Assembly: GCA_964545895.1 (NCBI GenBank)
Contig: CAZJHS010000002.1
Location: 28,735 to 92,734, forward strand
Direction: 5' to 3'
DNA from: an uncultured Chitinophaga sp.
GTDB taxonomy: Bacteria > Bacteroidota > Bacteroidia > UKL13-3
DNA: 64,000 nucleotides
Positions 43,884 to 52,989 of the stretch are shown here, in pieces. The notes beneath the pieces are model-generated. The model worked only from the letters and a program-made list of their open reading frames with translations. It made no database searches and was not told the origin of the DNA. Numbering within the stretch: position 1 is the first letter of the stretch; each line of letters begins with the position of its first letter. Position numbers and translations under genes: made by a program.

Positions 43884-44284
43884 TTTTGTTCAATCATTCC
43901 GTTAGGTAAAATGCTAAAGCTTTTATAGTCTGCTTGGCCACTTGCATCTGTTTGTTTAAAAAACTGCATTAAACTTTTTAGCTCAGTATTTGATAAACTA
44001 AATGCAGGCATGGATGCACTGCCTGAAACCAACATGGCACGAATTATGGTATCGCCTTTGGTGCTGTATACATTGGTTAAATCGGGCCCCAAATAGCCAC
44101 CCAAACCATACAATTGATGACAACTTTGACAATTATATTTTTGCCAAACCAAACGACCTTGCGCAGCCTCCGTTGCATCATTTTTCCCCAAATCAATACT
44201 ATAACTAGGCTTTAAATAAATACTAAAACTGTATACCAAAAACAGTATTACCAAAAGTGCATATATGTATATTGGTTTAAACAT
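43880..44284 (-). CDS. Membrane-anchored mono-heme c-type cytochrome (NorC-like)
   Basis: N-terminal TM anchor IYIYALLVILFLVYSFSIYL, heme motif CQSCH, and a distal Met candidate in SGSASMPAF. Confidence 0.75.
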   Translation of the reverse strand: MFKPIYIYALLVILFLVYSFSIYLKPSYSIDLGKNDATEAAQGRLVWQKYNCQSCHQLYGLGGYLGPDLTNVYSTKGDTIIRAMLVSGSASMPAFSLSNTELKSLMQFFKQTDASGQADYKSFSILPNGMIEQK

Positions 44285-44287
44285 AAC

Positions 44288-45826
44288 TTAATACAATGAA
44301 ATAGGATTTTGATTTACCTGTTTATGCAGTGTATTGTTATTTACTTGCATGTCGGCCAAAATTAACAACGCTGTTTGTGCTAAGTTTCTCACTTCTAATA
44401 AATCAATACTTGTCATACCAGATAACAGCAAGTGCTCTACCTCTTGAATAACACTTTTACATCTTTCGGTTAAAAAACTTGCACGTAGAAAATCGGGTGC
44501 AGAAAACAACCTGGTGGTTTCCTTTTTAATATATTTTACTTGGGTTTGCACCCACTTTTGGTAATATGGAATTAATGCCACTTGCTTAAGCGATTTTAAT
44601 TCGAGTTTTAAATTATATGCGCCTACATAAGTTAATATATCATGTGCAATATGGTGTGCAAAAACCAAGGCTTCCAATAAGGAGTTTGAAGCTAATCTAT
44701 TCTTGCCATGTAAACCAGTACATGCAGTTTCGCCCACAGCATATAAATGCTGCAAAGTTGTTCTGCCATTTTTTGTTACTGAAACTCCGCCACAAGCATA
44801 ATGTGCCGAAGGCATAATAGGAATTAAATCGTGCGAAACATCAAATCCTAAACTTTGCAGTTTGGTTAATATAGCAGGAAATTTTTGTGCCAGTTGTACT
44901 GCATTTAAATGACGTAAATCTAAATATACGCATGCCAACTGATGTTGTTTTACATGATGATGTATGGCATTGCTTATTACATCACGCGTGGCTAATTCTC
45001 CGCGTACATCATAATCAAACAAAAACCTTTGGTGCAAATGATTAACCACATAAGCGCCATAACCACGCAATGCTTCAGATAATAAAAATGTGGTTTTTCC
45101 TTCGCCAGTTTCATCAAACAATGCAGTAGGATGAAATTGAATAAAACGCATATTGGCCAAATTTGCCCCAGCGCGCGATGCGATGGCAAAACCATCACCA
45201 GTAGCCACATCGGGGTTTGTGGTATGATTAAAAACTTGCCCACAACCACCTGTTGCAAGCACGGTATGATGTGCATGAAAAGGAACTACTAACCCTTGGT
45301 GTTGATCTAAATATTTTACTCCCACACAAGTTTCTCCCTCCATCCACAAATCAATTACCATGGTATGCTCTAGCAATTCAATATTGGGTAACAATTGTAC
45401 TTTATTCCATAAACAATGTTCAATTTCTAATCCTGTTTTATCAGCGTGATGCAATACCCTTGGTTTACTGTGGCCTCCTTCTAAGGCCATGTTTAAACTG
45501 CCATCTGCATTTGTATCAAAATTTACACCCCACTCCAATAACTCAGCCAATCGCTCAGGAGCTCCCTTCACTACCATTTCAACAACCGACTCATCACATA
45601 AACCACCACCTGCATTTAACGTATCCTGTATGTGTTCTTCATACGAATCGTGTAGCAAATTAGTTACACCAGCAATACCACCTTGCGCCATACGCGTACT
45701 GCCTTGCATGGCCTCCTTTTTGGTAAGTATACACACTTTTAGTTTGGGTTGATTAGTAGCCAATTTTATTGCTAATGATAACCCTGCAATACCAGAACCA
45801 ACAATTAAAACATCAGTATTTTTCAT
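44288..45826 (-). CDS. nadB: L-aspartate oxidase
   Basis: FAD motif DVLIVGSGIAGLS, RMAQGGIAG, HPTAL, and the C-terminal GETACTGLHGKNRLASNSLLEALVF. Confidence 0.9.
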   Translation of the reverse strand: MKNTDVLIVGSGIAGLSLAIKLATNQPKLKVCILTKKEAMQGSTRMAQGGIAGVTNLLHDSYEEHIQDTLNAGGGLCDESVVEMVVKGAPERLAELLEWGVNFDTNADGSLNMALEGGHSKPRVLHHADKTGLEIEHCLWNKVQLLPNIELLEHTMVIDLWMEGETCVGVKYLDQHQGLVVPFHAHHTVLATGGCGQVFNHTTNPDVATGDGFAIASRAGANLANMRFIQFHPTALFDETGEGKTTFLLSEALRGYGAYVVNHLHQRFLFDYDVRGELATRDVISNAIHHHVKQHQLACVYLDLRHLNAVQLAQKFPAILTKLQSLGFDVSHDLIPIMPSAHYACGGVSVTKNGRTTLQHLYAVGETACTGLHGKNRLASNSLLEALVFAHHIAHDILTYVGAYNLKLELKSLKQVALIPYYQKWVQTQVKYIKKETTRLFSAPDFLRASFLTERCKSVIQEVEHLLLSGMTSIDLLEVRNLAQTALLILADMQVNNNTLHKQVNQNPISLY

Positions 45827-45827
45827 G

Positions 45828-46766
45828 TTACATACTTAACTCAAACATGCGTTCAAGTGGTTTGGCAGCAGCTTTAATAAGCGAACTATCTAAGGTAATT
45901 TCTGGTGTTTCGTACAATAAGCAATCGCGCAATTTTTTTAAGGTATTTACACGCATAAAGGCGCATTCGCTGCAAGCACAAGTATTATCTTCTTTACTTG
46001 GTGCAGGTATCAAAACTTTATCTGGGGCTTCGGTGCTTAGTTTATTTAAAATACCCACCTCTGTAGCAATTATAAAAGTAGAAGCAGTACTGTGTTTAAT
46101 AAAATTAATCATACCCGATGTAGAACCAATGTAATGTGCTACACGTAAAATATGCTCTTCACTCTCGGGGTGTGCTACAATTAATGCATGCGGATGCCGT
46201 TTGTGTAAGGCCAATAACTTATCAAAAGAAAAAGCTTCATGTACCACACATGCACCATCCCATAACACCATGTCTCTTCCCGTTTTTTGTATTAAATATC
46301 TTCCTAAATTTTTATCGGGTGCAAAAATTATTGGTTGATGTTGGGAAATACTTGCAATCACTTTTTCGGCATTAGCCGATGTGCAAATAATATCGCACAA
46401 TGCCTTAACCTCGGCCGAGCAATTGATATAAGCCACTGTTACATGATCGGGATATTTAAGCTTAAATGCACTAAACGATTCGGCTGTACACGATTCGGCC
46501 AATGAGCAACCAGCCTCCAAATCGGGCAACAATACTTTTTTAGTAGGATTTAAAATTTTAGCCGTTTCGGCCATAAAATGCACACCTGCAAAAACAATAA
46601 TATCGGCAGTAGTTTCAGCCGCCTGTTTAGATAATGCCAAACTATCTCCTACAAAATCGGCTATGTTTTGTATACTATCTTCTTGATAATAGTGGGCCAG
46701 AATTACTGCGTTTTTTTGCTTACGCAAACTATTAATCTCGGCCACGTATTTGCCATCATTCTTCAT
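45828..46766 (-). CDS. nadA: Quinolinate synthase
   Basis: VILAHYYQ, FAGVHFMAETAKILNP, YINCSAEVKALCDIICTSANA, WDGACVVHE, and the C-terminal CACSECAFM cluster-ligand region. Confidence 0.95.
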   Translation of the reverse strand: MKNDGKYVAEINSLRKQKNAVILAHYYQEDSIQNIADFVGDSLALSKQAAETTADIIVFAGVHFMAETAKILNPTKKVLLPDLEAGCSLAESCTAESFSAFKLKYPDHVTVAYINCSAEVKALCDIICTSANAEKVIASISQHQPIIFAPDKNLGRYLIQKTGRDMVLWDGACVVHEAFSFDKLLALHKRHPHALIVAHPESEEHILRVAHYIGSTSGMINFIKHSTASTFIIATEVGILNKLSTEAPDKVLIPAPSKEDNTCACSECAFMRVNTLKKLRDCLLYETPEITLDSSLIKAAAKPLERMFELSM

Positions 46767-46770
46767 AAAT

Positions 46771-48585
46771 TTACACTACATGTAAGGGTTCTAAAGCATA
46801 GTCAATTGCTAATACTTCATCTTCTAATTTGTTTAACTCATTTTGCATACCATTAAAAAGCTCTGTAAACTCAAGCTCCATTTTAGTGCTTAAATCGCGG
46901 TAATAAGCTACACCTGCCAATAGGTTTTCTTTAAACTTATTAAGGTACGATGCTTTATGTACAGCCAACTGCGAAGCCTGCTCTTTGTGTCGCTCTTGTA
47001 AATACTTTACATACAATTTAAGTTCGTTAATAAACACATTAGGACGTGGTACATTGTTTAAAATATTTAACCTTCCGTAAATATGATCAACCATTTGTTG
47101 TAATGTAAACACACCCGAAAAGTACGCCAAGTTAGGACCCGGGCAAATGGTTACTGCACCAAAATCGTGAGCAGGTTTAATATCGTTTACCAACAAAGCC
47201 GGCACACTTAAACCCTCGCAAATACAATCTTTAGCTTGCAACATTTCTATGCGTAAATCTTGCTCCTCTTGTGTTTTACTGCTTGCTTTAATTTGTTTAA
47301 GTTTATGGTATTGGTATTGGGTTGATGCAGTGCAAATAGGAAGTTTGGTAAACTCATTATCAAACTGTAAAAACTTTTTAAGACAAGGGCTACCTGCTTT
47401 ACCCGATTGAATACGGGTTTTGCGTAAATGCTCCGAACTGCTTTTTCTGAAATTATTAAACGGTACACCAAGAGGTGATGCGTTACTTAAAAAATAATCT
47501 TCGGGTGATGCAGTTGATAAATCATTTAAGGTATTATTATCTACATTAGTTGCCTCTGGCACTAGTAAAAAAGGGCTACCCCAACCAATGCTATCTAATT
47601 GATAATAGCGTATCAAAAAATCAGACTCTTGCGCAGTACCAACACCACCTTGGGCCGTAACTTTTGACATTGGTTTTTGCTTAAATCCATTTTTGCCTGC
47701 GGCTAATAAACTTGTTTGGCATAACTCGTATAACGTGTTGTATAACTCGCTTCGCTTTTGTTTAAATTCTTCTAAAATTGGGCCTAATAAAAAGCCATCC
47801 GTAGCAAAAGCATGTCCGCCACAATTCAACCCCGATTCTATTCTAAATTCCGAAACCCAAATTCCTTTTTTAGCTAAAAATTTTCCTTGAATTAATGCCG
47901 ATCTATAATCACTTACTTTTAATACAATTTGTTTAACCAACTCGCCATGTGCATTTGGGTAAAACGCAGTGAAACTCTCGCAATAGCCGTAAACTCTTGG
48001 GTTAAAACCAGCCGAAAACACAACCGATGAATTTAATTCGCTTTGGGCAAAGCCCCTTAATGCAGTTAATGCATCCGAAAACTCATCAAAAACTGGATTG
48101 CCATCTTGATCAAACCTTGGCTTATCCACCTTGGTCATAATATTTACTTCAATAGCACCAGTAATCCAATTTTGTTTAAGCTTATCGGCTATTTCAAGTT
48201 GCTCTTGCGGATTATAGTTTTTTAAATTTTTGTACAGAATTTTTTGCGCATTATTATCAGGTAATAGCTCAAAATACTTGGCTACTTCTGGTGCGGTAAT
48301 AGGTTGTTGTTTAAGTTGCATTACCTGCTTTTTTACCAAGTAATTAAGCATGTTTAGGTATGCAGTAATGCGTTTGGCTCTATAATCGGGTTGATGTGAG
48401 TTAATAGGCTCGTAAGTAAAATTCCACACACCAGCATAGTGCTTTCTTAGTTGTTCAAGCAAATCATCTTCCATAATGGATATGGCAGAATTAATACCAT
48501 ACTTGGCTACTTTAATGGGCGTATCAACTGTAAAACCAATACCCATTACAGGTATATGAAACAGATGTTTATCAGAAACTATCAT
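46771..48585 (-). CDS. Conserved-looking 604-aa protein of unknown function (possible TIM-barrel flavoenzyme-like core)
   Basis: A long uninterrupted ORF tightly packed with nadA. IESGLNCGGHAF and AQGGVGTAQE weakly resemble NMO/enoyl-reductase-type FMN barrels. No confident family assignment. Confidence 0.5.
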   Translation of the reverse strand: MIVSDKHLFHIPVMGIGFTVDTPIKVAKYGINSAISIMEDDLLEQLRKHYAGVWNFTYEPINSHQPDYRAKRITAYLNMLNYLVKKQVMQLKQQPITAPEVAKYFELLPDNNAQKILYKNLKNYNPQEQLEIADKLKQNWITGAIEVNIMTKVDKPRFDQDGNPVFDEFSDALTALRGFAQSELNSSVVFSAGFNPRVYGYCESFTAFYPNAHGELVKQIVLKVSDYRSALIQGKFLAKKGIWVSEFRIESGLNCGGHAFATDGFLLGPILEEFKQKRSELYNTLYELCQTSLLAAGKNGFKQKPMSKVTAQGGVGTAQESDFLIRYYQLDSIGWGSPFLLVPEATNVDNNTLNDLSTASPEDYFLSNASPLGVPFNNFRKSSSEHLRKTRIQSGKAGSPCLKKFLQFDNEFTKLPICTASTQYQYHKLKQIKASSKTQEEQDLRIEMLQAKDCICEGLSVPALLVNDIKPAHDFGAVTICPGPNLAYFSGVFTLQQMVDHIYGRLNILNNVPRPNVFINELKLYVKYLQERHKEQASQLAVHKASYLNKFKENLLAGVAYYRDLSTKMELEFTELFNGMQNELNKLEDEVLAIDYALEPLHVV

Positions 48586-48596
48586 GTAAAAAGGGG

Positions 48597-49487
48597 TTAA
48601 TTAGTATGATTGAGGTAATTGGTTAAAGCTGCTTTCCAATGTGGCAAACTAGCCATGCCTCTGTTTTTAATGCAGGTATTTTCAAGTACCGAGTATTTAG
48701 GACGAGGAGTTTTAGCCGGAAAAAAATCGCTCGATACTTTATTTACTTCTACTTGTGTATTGGTTAATTCAAAAATGGTTTGCGCAAACTCATGCCAACT
48801 GCACGAACCTTCGGAAGTAAGATGTGTTATACCTGTTAATTCTTGCTTTAATAAATTGGGCAGTATTTGAGCAATATCAAAAGTTGCTGTAGGCGAAACA
48901 AACTCATCACACACAACATTTAAACTAGGTTGCTCAGCACCCAACTTACGCATAAGTTGTACAAAGTTTAAACCGTTTTTAGCTCGGCATGGGTGATGGC
49001 CATACAGTGCCGAAACACGCAGAATTAAAGCCGCATGATTCTCGCCTAGTACGCTTAACTCGCCTTGATATTTTGTTTTACCATATACGTTTAATGGATT
49101 AGGCGTATCCAACTCAACATAAGGTTTTGATTGTGCTCCATCAAACACATAATCGGTGCTAAAATGCACCAACTTAATTTCTAAATATCTACACATGCGT
49201 GCTAAAAAAGCAGGCGCAGTGGTGTTAATTAGTTTAGCTAAATCAGGAAATTCTTCGCACTTATCTACCTGGTGATAAGCAGCAGTATTAATAACAACTT
49301 GTGGTTTATTACTGCTCAAATAATTTTTAACAGCCACTAAGTTAGTAATGTCTAATTCGGTATGCGTAGGTGCCAATACCTCTATATCTTGCTGTGTAAA
49401 CACAGCAGAAATATCACTTCCTAATTGTCCTTGTGCACCTAGTATTAACGCTTTCTTTATCATAGTTATAGGTTTAAATAAGCACAA
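48597..49487 (-). CDS. rfbD: dTDP-4-dehydrorhamnose reductase
   Basis: ALILGAQGQLGSD, NTAAYHQVDKCE, HFSTDYVFDG and VYGKTKYQGE. The probable start is MIKKALIL at 49463. Confidence 0.85.
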   Translation of the reverse strand: MCLFKPITMIKKALILGAQGQLGSDISAVFTQQDIEVLAPTHTELDITNLVAVKNYLSSNKPQVVINTAAYHQVDKCEEFPDLAKLINTTAPAFLARMCRYLEIKLVHFSTDYVFDGAQSKPYVELDTPNPLNVYGKTKYQGELSVLGENHAALILRVSALYGHHPCRAKNGLNFVQLMRKLGAEQPSLNVVCDEFVSPTATFDIAQILPNLLKQELTGITHLTSEGSCSWHEFAQTIFELTNTQVEVNKVSSDFFPAKTPRPKYSVLENTCIKNRGMASLPHWKAALTNYLNHTN

Positions 49488-50460
49488 CTTGTTGCGCCAT
49501 TTTCTTTTTAAACATGGCTATATTGTAGAATCTTTCATCATCGAAATTGCTGTACTTATCGACAGCACGATATAAATCAAGCATAATAGCATGAGCATCT
49601 TGTTGTGGTTTATAGTTTAATAATTGTTGAGCTTTTTCAGTACTTACTTTATAGTTTCGGTAATCTTGTACTTGTTTATTGATAACAGAAACCTGCATGT
49701 TATAATTTTCTGCTACAAATAATTTTACTACTTCGGCTAATTCGCCAATAGTGGCATTAAACGAAGAGAGGTTAATAACATGGCCGTTTTTTAATGGATG
49801 TTGCAAAGCCAATAAATAACCTTGGCACAAATCATCAAGCCCCAAAATTGGTCGCCATATTTTAGGATTACTCAATGTTATTTCGCCACAACTTAATGCG
49901 TTTTTAAACATCGTATTCATAGCTAAATCCAACCGCATACGAGGCGAATAGCCACTTACCGTACCTTGTCTAAAACAAATTACATTAAAGTTTTCATCGG
50001 CTAAAGCTAACACTGCTTGCTCGCCTTGTAGTTTTGAAACACCATACGGATAATTACTTACTGCTATATCCTCTTCGGTAAATGTGGTGTTGTGTGTGTA
50101 GCCATAAACCGAGCATGAGCTTGCAAAAATAAATTGCTTTACACCGGCCTCTTTTGCTAAAAAAGCCAAGTATGCAGGCATGCCTGTGTTGTAGATAAAA
50201 TTATCTTTAGGCGAGAACTCCGCCATAGGATCGTTTGATAATCCGGCTAAAAAAATAACCGCATCAAACTGTTTCAAATTGCTTGGATTTAAATCAAAAA
50301 TATCCTTCTCTATTACCGCAATATCATCAGCCAAATAATTACCAAACCACATGGCATCAACCACGGTTATATCTATTTGTTGATTACTTAAAAACGGGGC
50401 TAAAGTAGTGCCTATATAGCCAGCACCACCAAGTATGAGCACTTTTTGTTTAGTATTCAT
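49474..50460 (-). CDS. NAD-dependent epimerase/dehydratase (extended SDR)
   Basis: Rossmann motif VLILGGAGYIGT and catalytic YGVSK (YxxxK). Confidence 0.8.
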   Translation of the reverse strand: MNTKQKVLILGGAGYIGTTLAPFLSNQQIDITVVDAMWFGNYLADDIAVIEKDIFDLNPSNLKQFDAVIFLAGLSNDPMAEFSPKDNFIYNTGMPAYLAFLAKEAGVKQFIFASSCSVYGYTHNTTFTEEDIAVSNYPYGVSKLQGEQAVLALADENFNVICFRQGTVSGYSPRMRLDLAMNTMFKNALSCGEITLSNPKIWRPILGLDDLCQGYLLALQHPLKNGHVINLSSFNATIGELAEVVKLFVAENYNMQVSVINKQVQDYRNYKVSTEKAQQLLNYKPQQDAHAIMLDLYRAVDKYSNFDDERFYNIAMFKKKMAQQVVLI

Positions 50461-51022
50461 AGGTAAAATTATTAGCGTTATCAGTAGCTAACCATTGGTT
50501 AAGCGTAAGTAGTCCTCTATCTTTTTCTGACAAGATGGGTTGTTTTATAGGCCACTTAATACCAATTTCGGGGTCGTTGTAACTAATTCCCGATTCGGCA
50601 TTTTTATTATAAATACCCGTGCACTTGTATTGTATTTCGGCTACATCAGATAGCACACAAAAACCACGCGCAAAACCTGCAGGAGCCCATACCATTTTAT
50701 TGTTTTCGGTATTTACTATTTCGCCATACCATTGGCCCAATGTGGGCGAATTTTTTCTGATATCAACAGCCACTAAAAATGCTTCGCCTTGGGTAACACG
50801 CATAAGTTTACCCATGGCTGGTTGCCATTGAAAATGCAATCCACGCAATACATTTTTTGATGAACGCGAGTGATTATCTTGCACAAAATTCATGGGCAAG
50901 CCCAAGTCGGTAAAAATATCTTGACGATATACTTCCATAAAAAATCCGCGTTCGTCTTTAAAAATTTCAGGCTGAAGCACCATCAGTCCATTCAAGGCTT
51001 GATGTATAACATTTATTTTCAT
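50450..51022 (-). CDS. rfbC: dTDP-4-dehydrorhamnose 3,5-epimerase
   Basis: FKDERGFFMEVY, RGLHFQ, and the cupin core of RmlC. Confidence 0.9.
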   Translation of the reverse strand: MKINVIHQALNGLMVLQPEIFKDERGFFMEVYRQDIFTDLGLPMNFVQDNHSRSSKNVLRGLHFQWQPAMGKLMRVTQGEAFLVAVDIRKNSPTLGQWYGEIVNTENNKMVWAPAGFARGFCVLSDVAEIQYKCTGIYNKNAESGISYNDPEIGIKWPIKQPILSEKDRGLLTLNQWLATDNANNFTYEY

Positions 51023-52085
51023 GTTGCGTAACTTTTATAAGTTGAGAAAACGTGTTTATTTTTTTAATAAAAAACTGATATACAATACTGCCTCTGTACA
51101 TAAAAGGCAATACCTCACTATCGGGTAACTTGCGCTTGCGTTGCACTTTGCTGCGCTTAGACATAATTAAATTGCCATGCCATATAAGCCAAAGATGCGC
51201 AGTGGCTATTGCCCTTATCATAGTAAAATTTAAAGTAAGTAGTCCTTGTAAGGCTGCTACAACATCTAGTAAAATATGCACTGGTACGTACTTAATAACA
51301 TTTTTAAGCTCGTAGTTTTTAAGCATAATGTAAAGTGCGTTGCGATGGTTCCAGTAGGTTTTAGCAAAGCTGTGTTGTGTAATGGTTCCACCACCAATAT
51401 GATGGATAACAGCATTGGGTTGAACATAAAGTTTAAAACCAGCCATGCGCAAACGCCAACACAAATCAATTTCATCCATGTGGTGTACAATGGTTACATC
51501 AAGCAAACCACTAACTGATAAGGCCGACTTACGCAAAAACATGGCCGCACCGCTAGTCCAAAAAACCTGCGCCACATTATTATATTGGCCATTATCTTTT
51601 TCAAGATGTGTAAATACACGACCACGTAAAAACGGATAACCAAACACATCATACATACCACCCGATGCACCCGCATATTCAAACTCGTTAGGCTTTTGAT
51701 ACGATAAAATTTTGGGTTGAATAGCTGCAATTTGCTGATCAGATTCGGCTAAATTTACCATCCCTTCAATCCAATTTGGCGCTACAGTTACATCGTTATT
51801 TAGGCAAATAATGTACTCGCCCGGACAACGCCTAAATGCCAAATTATACGCAGCACAATAGCCATTGTTAAATCTATTCTGTATAATTTTTACTTCGGGA
51901 TATTTTTGGATAACATAGTTTACATCATCATCTGTTGATGCATTATCTAGCAAGTAAACCTGCTTTTTTTTATAGGTTGATTGCAATACAGAAGTAAGGC
52001 ACTCATCTAAAAAACGTTTACCGTTATGATTTAAAATTACTATATCAACCTCGGGTAGCATATGCGTAATGTTTTGAGCAAACAA
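50967..52085 (-). CDS. Glycosyltransferase family 2 (rhamnosyltransferase-like)
   Basis: DIVILNHNGKRFLDECL, LLDNASTDD, and the LNNDVTV acceptor-side motif. Its 3' end overlaps the rfbC start by 56 nt. Confidence 0.8.
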   Translation of the reverse strand: MFAQNITHMLPEVDIVILNHNGKRFLDECLTSVLQSTYKKKQVYLLDNASTDDDVNYVIQKYPEVKIIQNRFNNGYCAAYNLAFRRCPGEYIICLNNDVTVAPNWIEGMVNLAESDQQIAAIQPKILSYQKPNEFEYAGASGGMYDVFGYPFLRGRVFTHLEKDNGQYNNVAQVFWTSGAAMFLRKSALSVSGLLDVTIVHHMDEIDLCWRLRMAGFKLYVQPNAVIHHIGGGTITQHSFAKTYWNHRNALYIMLKNYELKNVIKYVPVHILLDVVAALQGLLTLNFTMIRAIATAHLWLIWHGNLIMSKRSKVQRKRKLPDSEVLPFMYRGSIVYQFFIKKINTFSQLIKVTQHENKCYTSSLEWTDGASA

Positions 52086-52111
52086 AGCACGCTGCTTTAA
52101 GGAGCTTATTT

Positions 52112-52127
52112 ATTGACGGTGGTCAAT
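52112..52127. promoter_or_regulatory. Perfect FNR/CRP-type palindrome ATTGAC-GGTG-GTCAAT
   Basis: A 16-bp perfect inverted repeat with a TTGA-N6-TCAA core. It lies between the FNR-like gene stop (52164) and the GT2 start (52085), centred about 35 nt upstream of that ATG. Confidence 0.55.
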
Positions 52128-52163
52128 ATTCGGGATGATTAAAATTTTAGAAAAACATGAGGA

Positions 52164-52898
52164 TTACTCTTCTAACTCGGCAAGAACAACCAGTTTGGCG
52201 TGATTAATAATGCTGATTTGCTTTTTGTTTAACGCAATAATGTGGTCGTCTTCCCACTCGCGCAATACACGCACCACCGTTTCGGTAACCATACCCGATA
52301 TACTGGCAATATCTTCGCGTGTTAAAATAATGTTTAAGTAATGATCGGCTGTGGTACCAAATGATTTTTCGAGCAATAACAAAGTTTCGGCCAAACGTGC
52401 CCGCGAACTTTTTTGAATAAAATTAACCGATTTACTTTCGGCTAAACTTAAGTCTTGCGCAAACTTCGAAATAATCTCCATCGTAAATTTTACGTTGGTG
52501 TTTATTAAATTAAAAATGCGCTCTTTGGGTATAAAACAAACTACCGATTCTTCTAAGGCTACACCAGTTGCAATATACTTGCCATCGCCCAACAAACCTC
52601 GGTAACCCAACAACTCGCCCGCACCTGCAATCCGTAAAATTTGCATGCTGCCATCGGCTGTTGTTTTGTACAACTTAACTTTACCCTGATGCACGCAATG
52701 CATGCCCTTAGCCGTATCGCCCTCGCCAAAAATTACTTGATTTTTCTTTACACGATGGGTAAGTTTATGCTCATTTAACTGCTCCAATTCGCTTTGCTTT
52801 AAAGAACAAAATGAAGACAAGGCCAAATTTTGGCATGTAGTACAATCAATATGTTTTACCGGATTTTTCACCGTAAGGTTTTTTGGTGTTACAAACAT
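52164..52898 (-). CDS. FNR-like Crp/Fnr-family regulator with N-terminal Cys cluster
   Basis: Cys19-x2-Cys22-x8-Cys31 plus Cys121 parallel E. coli FNR Cys20/23/29/122. A cNMP-like beta-roll is present. HTH REDIASISGMVTETVVRVLREW with the E--xR recognition pattern. Confidence 0.8.
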   Translation of the reverse strand: MFVTPKNLTVKNPVKHIDCTTCQNLALSSFCSLKQSELEQLNEHKLTHRVKKNQVIFGEGDTAKGMHCVHQGKVKLYKTTADGSMQILRIAGAGELLGYRGLLGDGKYIATGVALEESVVCFIPKERIFNLINTNVKFTMEIISKFAQDLSLAESKSVNFIQKSSRARLAETLLLLEKSFGTTADHYLNIILTREDIASISGMVTETVVRVLREWEDDHIIALNKKQISIINHAKLVVLAELEE

Positions 52899-52989
52899 AC
52901 TACAGCTTTATCTGCAAAAAACTTGATTTATTTCATGTGCTACAAGGCAAATAGCTACCTGGTTGATATCTGTTTAAAAAATAGTATTC

